This document shows positions 57,618 through 64,000 of a stretch of DNA of 64,000 bases, one piece after another. Under the pieces are notes generated by a model, which made no database searches, was not told where the DNA came from, and saw only the letters and a program-made list of their open reading frames with translations. How positions within the stretch are numbered: position 1 is the first letter of the stretch; each line of letters begins with the position of its first letter. The stretch is from a virus (lineage: Duplodnaviria > Caudoviricetes): positions 297-64,296 of the IMG/VR virus record IMGVR_UViG_3300042327_000405. One strand, given 5' to 3'. The translations under genes were made by a program, and so were the position numbers.

Positions 57618-57788
57618 CTAATCTGGAAACATTACTTCAAGCATTGAGCGATATGTATAGCGGTTGTTTGGGTTTGCTATATATATATTTTCGGCTTCTT
57701 CTTTAGACTCGTATTTAGGCTTAAGGGTTAAATTGCCATAGTCGAATTCATCAAGATATTCTGTGTCTAAAAGGTTTAATATTCCCAT
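57618..57788 (-). CDS. Small acidic protein
   Basis: Start revised to MGILNLLD, 7 nt after TGATATAAT. Confidence 0.55.
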   Translation of the reverse strand: MGILNLLDTEYLDEFDYGNLTLKPKYESKEEAENIYIANPNNRYTYRSMLEVMFPD

Positions 57789-57816
57789 ACCGTCCATTAT
57801 ATCAGAATCTGAAAAA

Positions 57817-58977
57817 TTATTTATTTTTAACATATATTATTATGTCATCTTTAGGCCTATAGGTTAAAGCGCCTATATAAGACACTTCATCATTCAGCAA
57901 ATCTGTGTCAAACTTCTTAGCAATTTTAGTCAAGATTAACTCTATTTCCATTAAAACAAATTCTTTTGCGATGCACTGTCTTTTACCAAACAAAAATGGA
58001 AAGTATTCTCCTTTTTCTAACTCTTTGTTTTTAAGCCATCTTTCAGGATTGAATATATCTGGATCTTCAAAAATATTTTTATCTTTATGCATAGCCAAAG
58101 AACTTACTATTACTTTAGTTCCAGCAGTCAAATCTGTTCCATCTACACTTACATCTTCGGTGGCCATTCTTTCAGTATTCCAAACAGGCGGACACATTCT
58201 TAGAACTTCATTAATAAAAGCATCAACACCTTCCTCTCTGGATATTTTATTTTGCCATTTTTTATTTATAGATAGATAATATATTGCCCACTCTAATAAG
58301 TATGCAGTTGATTCATAACCAGAAAATATTATTGTAACCGAGTGATCATATAAATCATTAATGTCCATTTTGTTATTGCTATATGAGTTAATTAGAATAT
58401 CTAAAAGATCATTTTTATTTTCTTTAGACTCTAGCCTTTCATCTACTATTCTTTTTACAAATTCTTTTAATTCTTTTGTTAGTATGACTAGTTCTTGATC
58501 ACTTATATTGGAAAGAACTTTGTCTGACGCTATAGACATATTATCTCTTATTTTTATAAAATCATTATCTACATTTGTTGAAAAAAATACTTCCATGTTA
58601 ATTTTAAAAACTAAGAACTGCATTTCTTTTCTGACATTAACTTCGTCAGACCAAGACTGCAAAGAAAAATCTATAATGTCAGACACTTTATCTTTATATT
58701 CTTTTATTTTATCGCTACTAAATGCTGAAAAAATTTCTTTTTTGTCATTCATGTGTTTAGGTTCTTCTGTAGTAAATAGGCCTTCTCCTAAAACACACTT
58801 TAGCCTTTTCCAGACCCCGCCTTTTACAAAACTTTTATATTTATTTAGAAGAACATCTTCTACCGCTTTACTAGTAAACGCAAAAAACACATTTTCTAAT
58901 TTTGTACTTGACAAATAGTTAGATTTTGTTTTATTTTTTAAAATAGTGATAGCGGAGACTTGGTCTTTGTTTAGCAT
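57817..58977 (-). CDS. Cytochrome P450
   Basis: SGYEST (I helix), EVLR, PERW, FLFGKRQCIA heme-Cys motif; 386 aa from the leaderless ATG. Confidence 0.93.
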   Translation of the reverse strand: MLNKDQVSAITILKNKTKSNYLSSTKLENVFFAFTSKAVEDVLLNKYKSFVKGGVWKRLKCVLGEGLFTTEEPKHMNDKKEIFSAFSSDKIKEYKDKVSDIIDFSLQSWSDEVNVRKEMQFLVFKINMEVFFSTNVDNDFIKIRDNMSIASDKVLSNISDQELVILTKELKEFVKRIVDERLESKENKNDLLDILINSYSNNKMDINDLYDHSVTIIFSGYESTAYLLEWAIYYLSINKKWQNKISREEGVDAFINEVLRMCPPVWNTERMATEDVSVDGTDLTAGTKVIVSSLAMHKDKNIFEDPDIFNPERWLKNKELEKGEYFPFLFGKRQCIAKEFVLMEIELILTKIAKKFDTDLLNDEVSYIGALTYRPKDDIIIYVKNK

Positions 58978-58999
58978 AATTTTATTATACACTAAGGAG

Positions 59000-60160
59000 T
59001 TATTTATTTTTTACGTATATAGATATTGGGTCTTTGGGTCTGTAGGACATTCCACCAACATATGACACTTGGTCATTTATCAGTTCCAGGTCAAATTTCT
59101 TAGCAATTTTTGTTAAGACTATACGCATCTCCATAAGAGCAAATTCTTTTCCTATGCATTGCCTTTTCCCAAACAAGAATGGAAAATACTCTCCCTTTGA
59201 TAGTTGTTTATTGTCAAACCATCTTTCTGGTTTAAATGTATCTGGATCTTCAAATACATTTTTGTCTCTTTGTACGGCCAAAGAACTTAATACTACCTGT
59301 GTGCCAGCAGGAATTTCTTTTCCATCTATAATTACGTCTTCTGTTGCTATTCTCTCGCTATTCCAGATAGGAGGACACATTCTCAATACCTCGTTAATAA
59401 AAGCATCTGTATTTTCTCCTTTAGATATTGTTTCTTGCCAGTCTTTGTTGATCGATAAATAATATACCGCCCATTCTAGCGCATACGCAGTTGTCTCATA
59501 ACTACCTAGCAAAATAGTAAGTGATTCGTCATATAGGTCATCAATTTCCATTTTATTATTGTTGTAAGAGTTAACCAAAATACCTAAAAAGTCATTCTTA
59601 ATTTCTTTAGATGCTAGTCTTTTATCTACTACCTTTTTAATTATATCTTTTAATTCTTTTGTTAACCTATCTAATTCTTCATCTTGTACATCTTGAGCAA
59701 TTTTGTCTGATACTATGTATACGTTTTTTTGTATTCTCGAAAACTCATCATCTATGTTTTCTGAAAAAAATATTTCCATTACGCTCTTAAAAATAATAAG
59801 TCGCATTTCATTTCTAACGTCAACCTTGTCAAACCAGTTAGATAGGACATCATCTACTACCAATACAATCTTATTTTCGTATTCGTTTATATGATCATTG
59901 TTGAATGCTGTATAAATTTCTTTCTTTTTCTCCATATGACGTGGTTCTTCTCCAGTAAACAGTCCATCGCCAAGGACAGATCTTAGTCTTTTAAATCCCC
60001 CGCTTTTTGTAAAACTACTATATTTATTTAGGGCAACATCTTCTACTGCCTTATCAGTAAATGCAAAGAATATGTTTTCAGAGTTAAACTTAATTAGGGG
60101 ATTTCCTGTTGTTACTTTTTTAAAAAACATATATAGAGAAGGCAAGTCTGGAGGTAGCAT
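59000..60160 (-). CDS. Cytochrome P450, tandem paralog
   Basis: GSYETT, EVLR, PERW, FLFGKRQCIG; 386 aa from an ATG 6 nt after TATACT. Confidence 0.93.
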   Translation of the reverse strand: MLPPDLPSLYMFFKKVTTGNPLIKFNSENIFFAFTDKAVEDVALNKYSSFTKSGGFKRLRSVLGDGLFTGEEPRHMEKKKEIYTAFNNDHINEYENKIVLVVDDVLSNWFDKVDVRNEMRLIIFKSVMEIFFSENIDDEFSRIQKNVYIVSDKIAQDVQDEELDRLTKELKDIIKKVVDKRLASKEIKNDFLGILVNSYNNNKMEIDDLYDESLTILLGSYETTAYALEWAVYYLSINKDWQETISKGENTDAFINEVLRMCPPIWNSERIATEDVIIDGKEIPAGTQVVLSSLAVQRDKNVFEDPDTFKPERWFDNKQLSKGEYFPFLFGKRQCIGKEFALMEMRIVLTKIAKKFDLELINDQVSYVGGMSYRPKDPISIYVKNK

Positions 60161-60308
60161 AGGTTTAGTATACAGCATAGGCAAAAACCCAAATAGCCTA
60201 AAATCTGAATATTTTGTCTACATGTATGATACACAATATACAGAAAATAAACACAAAAAAATAGTGCGCCCATAATAGACACACTATCGATCTTGAATAT
60301 AATACGCA

Positions 60309-60494
60309 CTACATTTTGGGTGCGCTACCTTGTATCCACCCACTGTGTATGCCTATCAGTGGGGCATCTATACACACTGCCTGCCCTACATGTAGTGTGG
60401 ACTTGTATAATTCGATGAACTCTAGGACTCTCTCCTTAGTATCGAAATTCATTTGTTTAGTAGCACCTGATGTGCTTGTTAGTGTAACTATCAT
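60309..60494 (-). CDS. 61-aa early protein, paralog of 63258-63443
   Basis: Shared TL..G.TK, V..F...Y...L.VG..V and G..SG...G pattern. Confidence 0.7.
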   Translation of the reverse strand: MIVTLTSTSGATKQMNFDTKERVLEFIELYKSTLHVGQAVCIDAPLIGIHSGWIQGSAPKM

Positions 60495-60707
60495 TTATTT
60501 TACCCCCATAACTAGCGACATATATCGCTTAGCAATTACAACCGCTTTAGGGTTGAGAGTGCTATTGAAGCGACCCTGTGAGAAATCACTAGGGTATTTG
60601 TTAGCAATACGCTGTGCTATGCGTATAGGCATAACTGGCGCTGTATTGTTGATAGATAATGCTGAAGAACCAAACTCTTCTGCTATTTCGTTATATATAG
60701 TGTTCAT
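60495..60707 (-). CDS. Small early protein
   Basis: SD AAAGAAAGG; first gene of the leftward unit. Confidence 0.7.
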   Translation of the reverse strand: MNTIYNEIAEEFGSSALSINNTAPVMPIRIAQRIANKYPSDFSQGRFNSTLNPKAVVIAKRYMSLVMGVK

Positions 60708-60758
60708 ATTGATGAACCTTTCTTTTATTCGATAACCTTGTGTTATCTTTTTCCTTGA

Positions 60759-60791
60759 CCTAGGTTATTTGCTCTTTCGAGGCTCACTAGG
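60759..60791 (-). ncRNA. Structured leader motif (UGAGC/CAAAUAA internal loop, GAAA tetraloop)
   Basis: CCTAG-TGAGC-CTC-GAAA-GAG-CAAATAAC-CTAGG. Confidence 0.6.
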
Positions 60792-60825
60792 ATTTTTCTT
60801 ACTATTCAATTTTTCTTATACTAGA

Positions 60826-60854
60826 AGTATAGCATAGAAATGTCAAAAAGTCAA
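60826..60854 (-). promoter_or_regulatory. Sigma-A type promoter
   Basis: TTGACT-N17-TATACT with extended TG; near-identical to 63074-63102. Confidence 0.8.
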
Positions 60855-60972
60855 GTCTAAACACGGCGTGTCGCATGTGATTTAGACCACACTGATCGAA
60901 CGTCGCGTTTGTCAAGTCGACACACCGATAATAATAGAATTGTTACGCTATTGTTATAATTCCCCTGGAAAA

Positions 60973-60988
60973 TGTGACCCTTATCACA
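60973..60988. promoter_or_regulatory. CRP/GlxR-type site
   Basis: TGTGA-ccctta-TCACA; related sites at 60876, 62119, 62161, 63027 and 63160. Confidence 0.55.
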
Positions 60989-61023
60989 AAAATAGTTTTC
61001 TCTACTGGTCAGTAACCCCCCCT

Positions 61024-61048
61024 AAATGTCAGACCCCCCTGCTATAAT
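61024..61048 (+). promoter_or_regulatory. Early promoter, TGTCAG-N10-TATAAT
   Basis: 25-nt repeat AAATGTCAGACCCC(C/T)CTGCTA(T/G)A(A/C)T, three copies. Confidence 0.8.
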
Positions 61049-61094
61049 TATCATATAAAGAAAAACAAGCGGTAAAGAAATCCGCTAAAGAAAG

Positions 61095-61277
61095 GTGGTC
61101 AAAATGACTACACTAAATGAAACCCTATTCTCTACTATCGTTCATGAATACCATAACGGCGGAGTAAAATCCTCTTATGGTCTTGACGCATACACTAGAA
61201 AAGAATTGCTAAAGTTTTTATTCTCTAGCAAGGCTTGCTACTGTATAAACTGTATAGATAAGGAGAATACTAAATGA
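61095..61277 (+). CDS. Small early protein (CxCxxC)
   Basis: SD AAAGAAAGG; the start is probably ATG 61104. Confidence 0.7.
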   Translation: MVKMTTLNETLFSTIVHEYHNGGVKSSYGLDAYTRKELLKFLFSSKACYCINCIDKENTK

Positions 61278-61441
61278 GTATTTGGACTAAGTTCGCTACT
61301 GTAAGCGACTACCCTAGAGGCATGATGAACTTATGCCCTTGCGGTCAAGTGGTATTAGCACCCGCTATGTATCACGAAGGTTTCCCTTGGTGGGAAAACC
61401 CTAACAAATGTAAAGAATTATTCGAAGGAGTAAATAAATGA
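61274..61441 (+). CDS. Micro-ORF, 55 aa (MSIWTKF...CPCG)
   Basis: SD AAGGAG; ATGA coupling. Confidence 0.65.
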   Translation: MSIWTKFATVSDYPRGMMNLCPCGQVVLAPAMYHEGFPWWENPNKCKELFEGVNK

Positions 61442-61560
61442 AATTAGATGAATATAAGCAAATGGTAGAGGCTCAACGCCTTGCCTCATTGGGTCTTGCC
61501 CTAGAAGCCCTAATGAAATCAAAAGCAATACAAGAACAAATGAAAGAAGGAAATAAATGA
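61438..61560 (+). CDS. Micro-ORF, 40 aa (MKLDEYKQ...)
   Basis: SD AAGGAG; ATGA overlap. Confidence 0.6.
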   Translation: MKLDEYKQMVEAQRLASLGLALEALMKSKAIQEQMKEGNK

Positions 61561-61721
61561 GCACTATGCTACGCCTTGACTCTGTATGTGGAAAGACACA
61601 TACCTTCGCTGATGTCTATGACATAAACCTAAACCCTCACGGCTCTATCTGTTGCGATAACTGTGAGTCAATTCTAATCTGCCGTAAGGCTTGGGATTTT
61701 CTATATAAAGGAGTAAAATAA
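61557..61721 (+). CDS. Micro-ORF, 54 aa, Cys-rich (CCDNC)
   Basis: SD GAAGGA; ATGA overlap. Confidence 0.6.
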   Translation: MSTMLRLDSVCGKTHTFADVYDINLNPHGSICCDNCESILICRKAWDFLYKGVK

Positions 61722-61871
61722 ATGACTAAATACAATGTGCTAATTTCGTATGTATGCGAATCAGATAGCGAAATGGAAGCGGTATTCGCTCTAAACAAAT
61801 CGCTATACCCACTTAGCGAAAACGAATTAGAAAAGTTCAATGCTTTTCATGTAGAGGTGGTGCCACAATGA
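61722..61871 (+). CDS. Micro-ORF, 49 aa (MTKYNVL...)
   Basis: SD AAGGAG. Confidence 0.6.
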   Translation: MTKYNVLISYVCESDSEMEAVFALNKSLYPLSENELEKFNAFHVEVVPQ

Positions 61872-61957
61872 AAACACTTCAAGAAAAGTTAGATGAAAGC
61901 GCAAAAGCGTTAGAGCCAATACTTTGGGAACTACTAGATGAAATTGAGGAAAACTAA
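61868..61957 (+). CDS. Micro-ORF, 29 aa, acidic
   Basis: SD GAGGTG; ATGA overlap. Confidence 0.5.
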   Translation: MKTLQEKLDESAKALEPILWELLDEIEEN

Positions 61958-61958
61958 A

Positions 61959-62060
61959 ATGGAAAAAGATTTATTTGGATTTGCTAACGCAATTAATTTG
62001 GATCATCTAAACTTAAAACAACTAAAAGAGTTAGAAAAGATTTTAGAAAAAATAAAATAA
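61959..62060 (+). CDS. Micro-ORF, 33 aa
   Basis: SD GAGGA; last gene before a hairpin. Confidence 0.5.
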   Translation: MEKDLFGFANAINLDHLNLKQLKELEKILEKIK

Positions 62061-62070
62061 ATAAAAACAA

Positions 62071-62099
62071 AATTGCAGAAATAAAACTCTGCAAATTTT
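62071..62099 (+). terminator. Probable terminator of the first early operon
   Basis: TTGCAGA...TCTGCAA followed by ATTTT. Confidence 0.5.
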
Positions 62100-62111
62100 G
62101 CACGTGCAAAG

Positions 62112-62162
62112 TTATCCACATGATGCACATCACACCTACGATTTACGCTCAAGTTATCCACA
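62112..62162 (+). promoter_or_regulatory. Two DnaA boxes inside a 17-bp direct repeat
   Basis: TTATCCACA at 62112 and 62154 (AAGTTATCCACATGATG x2). Confidence 0.65.
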
Positions 62163-62212
62163 TGATGTAAGTCACATTTCAAAATGTCCGATTTGACCGA
62201 TTACTGGTCAGT

Positions 62213-62237
62213 AAATGTCAGACCCCCCTGCTATACT
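62213..62237 (+). promoter_or_regulatory. Early promoter, TGTCAG-N10-TATACT
   Basis: Second copy of the 25-nt repeat. Confidence 0.8.
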
Positions 62238-62290
62238 TACTAGTATAAAGATTGAACAATAAGTAAATCTCTTAAAGAAAGGAAGTCCCA

Positions 62291-62476
62291 ATGACTTCAC
62301 TAAACACAATAGTATGCGATACGCATACACCTCAAATGTCCGCTATCTCAACAGTCTGTAATATGGCTTTTGATGAGCAATTCACATTCTGCACAGAGTG
62401 TGAACAGAATATAGAAAGATGGGCTGATATTGATAACCCATTTTCACCTTGGTCTAAGTGGAAGGTGTCTAACTAA
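62291..62476 (+). CDS. Small early protein (CxxC)
   Basis: SD AAAGGAAG. Confidence 0.7.
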   Translation: MTSLNTIVCDTHTPQMSAISTVCNMAFDEQFTFCTECEQNIERWADIDNPFSPWSKWKVSN

Positions 62477-62661
62477 TGAGTACCCCTACACTTATTCTTT
62501 CACATATGCCTTTAACAAATGTTTTCTTGCGTGGCACAAAACAATTCTTGTGTTGCGAAGAAATGCAAACTGCAATTTATTGCGATGCACACTTTGAATT
62601 TCAAGGTTGCCAGTATTGCGATTTTGACCTATCTGCCTCAGAATGTGAGTGTGAGAACTAA
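62476..62661 (+). CDS. Small Cys-rich early protein
   Basis: TAATG coupling. Confidence 0.65.
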   Translation: MSTPTLILSHMPLTNVFLRGTKQFLCCEEMQTAIYCDAHFEFQGCQYCDFDLSASECECEN

Positions 62662-62774
62662 TGCAAAAAGAAATGATAACTTTATCTTGTCAGATTTGCG
62701 AAGAGCCTACTGTTGAAGTAGATATTGCAGATGCAAAATTACTAACGGCTACATGCCAAGAATGTTGGGGGTAA
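62661..62774 (+). CDS. Micro-ORF, 37 aa (CQIC...CQEC)
   Basis: TAATG coupling; zinc-ribbon pattern. Confidence 0.6.
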   Translation: MQKEMITLSCQICEEPTVEVDIADAKLLTATCQECWG

Positions 62775-62777
62775 CTC

Positions 62778-62882
62778 ATGAATTACTATGACGATTACTA
62801 TGAAAATCCAGAGCCAGTATATGCTGGGTGTTATTGCAAATTAAATTACCTATGTTCAGAATGCAAAAGGAGTTATAACTAG
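62778..62882 (+). CDS. Micro-ORF, 34 aa (CYC...CSEC)
   Basis: GGGGG SD-like element; continues the operon. Confidence 0.5.
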   Translation: MNYYDDYYENPEPVYAGCYCKLNYLCSECKRSYN

Positions 62883-62986
62883 TGAATAATTTTTATCAAA
62901 CTTTTTTCGTAAGTGGTAATGCACTATTTTGGTTTTCTTTTATTTCTTTTTTTCTTGGATCTTATTTATTCGTGAAAGGCGAATAA
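62882..62986 (+). CDS. Micro-ORF, 34 aa, single-TM membrane peptide
   Basis: GTG start, SD AAGGAG; ALFWFSFISFFLGSYLFV. Confidence 0.55.
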   Translation: MNNFYQTFFVSGNALFWFSFISFFLGSYLFVKGE

Positions 62987-63001
62987 TTTTCGACGTCCCG
63001 T

Positions 63002-63022
63002 TTATCCACAGGCTGTGTATAA
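63002..63022. promoter_or_regulatory. Inverted DnaA box pair
   Basis: TTATCCACA-ggc-TGTGTATAA. Confidence 0.65.
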
Positions 63023-63073
63023 CTAATGTGATAATAAACACACTATTATTCCCCCGATTTACGGCGTGTCGAT

Positions 63074-63102
63074 TTGACTTTTTGACATTTTTATGTTACA
63101 CT
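63074..63102 (+). promoter_or_regulatory. Sigma-A type promoter
   Basis: TTGACT-N17-TACACT. Confidence 0.75.
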
Positions 63103-63127
63103 TACAGAGTAAGAAAAACTAAATAAG

Positions 63128-63207
63128 GACAAATTGGCTAATGAGCCTAAGCAAATAAATGTGACCAGTATCACAGTGAGCCTTAGCAAATAAGTAGCCA
63201 AAATGTC
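63128..63207 (+). ncRNA. Structured RNA hairpin with two opposed UGAGC/CAAAUAA internal loops
   Basis: TTGGCTA/TAGCCAA, CTAAG/CTTAG and TGTGA/TCACA stems separated by the repeated loops. Confidence 0.65.
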
Positions 63208-63225
63208 AGACCCCTCTGCTAGAAT
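63201..63225 (+). promoter_or_regulatory. Early promoter, TGTCAG-N10-TAGAAT
   Basis: Third copy of the 25-nt repeat. Confidence 0.75.
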
Positions 63226-63257
63226 AGTAATATAAACAAACGAAAGGAAGTCAAAAT

Positions 63258-63443
63258 ATGACTTACACTATAACACTAGAAACCTTCAATGGTTCAACAA
63301 AAAAAATTGCTCTGCCTTCTCGTGGCGCAGTTGCTCAATTCCTCTCAACTTACCCAAATCAACTACCTGTTGGCGTATCGGTAAAGGTTGCTTGCGACGC
63401 TTTAGGCGTTAGCGGAACACTAAGAGGAAAGGCGGTTCTGTAA
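63258..63443 (+). CDS. 61-aa early protein, paralog of 60309-60494
   Basis: SD AAAGGAAG; manual alignment. Confidence 0.75.
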   Translation: MTYTITLETFNGSTKKIALPSRGAVAQFLSTYPNQLPVGVSVKVACDALGVSGTLRGKAVL

Positions 63444-63574
63444 TGGGAGAAATTGCGGGAATGTGGTTATGCGATAACTGCGAAACAATTGCCTATGTGT
63501 CAGTGGAAACCGATACAATATTAGTAACACAATGCGCTTGCGTAATGCTATCTAGAACAACACAAAACAACTAA
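63443..63574 (+). CDS. Micro-ORF, 43 aa (CDNC...CAC)
   Basis: TAATG coupling; contains an internal TGTCAG-N10-TACAAT promoter (63498-63519). Confidence 0.55.
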   Translation: MGEIAGMWLCDNCETIAYVSVETDTILVTQCACVMLSRTTQNN

Positions 63575-63594
63575 AGAATAGGAAATAAATAAAA

Positions 63595-63801
63595 ATGGTA
63601 AAAGTAGAACACGCACTAAAGTTCGTAACTGAGTTTGATGAAACTCACCCTATCTCAAAAGAATTTCTGCGCCTTGATGAGGTTGCTCAAATTGCTATGC
63701 TAGAGTCAATGCTAAAAGATTTGCTAGTATCAGCAATTCAGCCTGCCATAGATGAAATAAATAAAAATGGCTCATACGCAATTCTAAAGGTGGCCGAATA
63801 A
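63595..63801 (+). CDS. Small early protein
   Basis: 68-aa ORF, SD AGGA. Confidence 0.7.
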   Translation: MVKVEHALKFVTEFDETHPISKEFLRLDEVAQIAMLESMLKDLLVSAIQPAIDEINKNGSYAILKVAE

Positions 63802-63971
63802 TGATGACTCGTAAAGACTATGTGGCCACTGCCGAAATTCTTTCATCATTCAAAGAATTGATAGGTGATGAATTTACTTTTCACGATTTGGTAAATGATT
63901 TTGGAGCAATGTTTGAGGCAGATAATCCAAGATTCAATTTTGAAACTTTTAGAGAGGCTTGTGAAAAATGA
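63801..63971 (+). CDS. Small phage protein (MTRKDY...DNPRF family)
   Basis: 56 aa, TAATG coupling; motif pattern recurrent in phage early genes. Confidence 0.65.
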   Translation: MMTRKDYVATAEILSSFKELIGDEFTFHDLVNDFGAMFEADNPRFNFETFREACEK

Positions 63972-64000
63972 TTTTAGATAATGGAACACTAATCGCAATT

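Noticed and set aside
60112-60309. 65-aa Cys-rich ORF as a P450 precursor peptide
   Set aside because: GTG start without SD, overlaps the P450 promoter and start, and the composition reflects T-rich non-coding sequence.
63139-63160. Hammerhead ribozyme (CUAAUGAG...CAAA)
   Set aside because: The canonical CUGANGA and GAAA core and a three-stem junction are absent; an internal-loop hairpin fits better.
1-64000. tRNA genes, integrase, terminase large subunit, stop-codon reassignment
   Set aside because: None recognised in this window by eye; long genes read normally in the standard code. The terminase presumably lies outside the window.

Overview
The window is a 64 kb piece of an AT-rich, long-tailed (siphovirus-like) dsDNA phage genome. 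The host is most likely an actinobacterium; this is inferred from the gene set, the many leaderless TGnTAnAnT promoters, and RecA-NDp/PafBC-type and CRP-type motifs. The minus strand carries a replication block (DnaE, partial and absent from the ORF track; SSB; primase; DnaB). It also carries the tail, tape measure, capsid, protease and portal genes, a class II ribonucleotide reductase, and many tail-fibre/adhesin genes interleaved with AT-rich modifying enzymes (2OG-Fe(II) oxygenases, a glycosyltransferase, a GNAT). Two tandem cytochrome P450 genes follow. The right end (about 60.3-64 kb) is a divergent early region of micro-ORFs with dense regulatory motifs. The most notable observations are: (1) a recurring structured RNA motif (UGAGC/CAAAUAA internal loop, three copies with covarying stems) linked to two paralogous 61-aa proteins; (2) a Pro/Thr-repeat fibre gene followed by two prolyl-hydroxylase-like genes and a glycosyltransferase; (3) an FN3-(GAF)14-Hint protein; (4) a kinase-like domain inside the tape measure protein; (5) the tandem phage P450s; (6) tail chaperones made by gene duplication rather than frameshifting. 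All calls come from reading motifs by eye; no database search was run.
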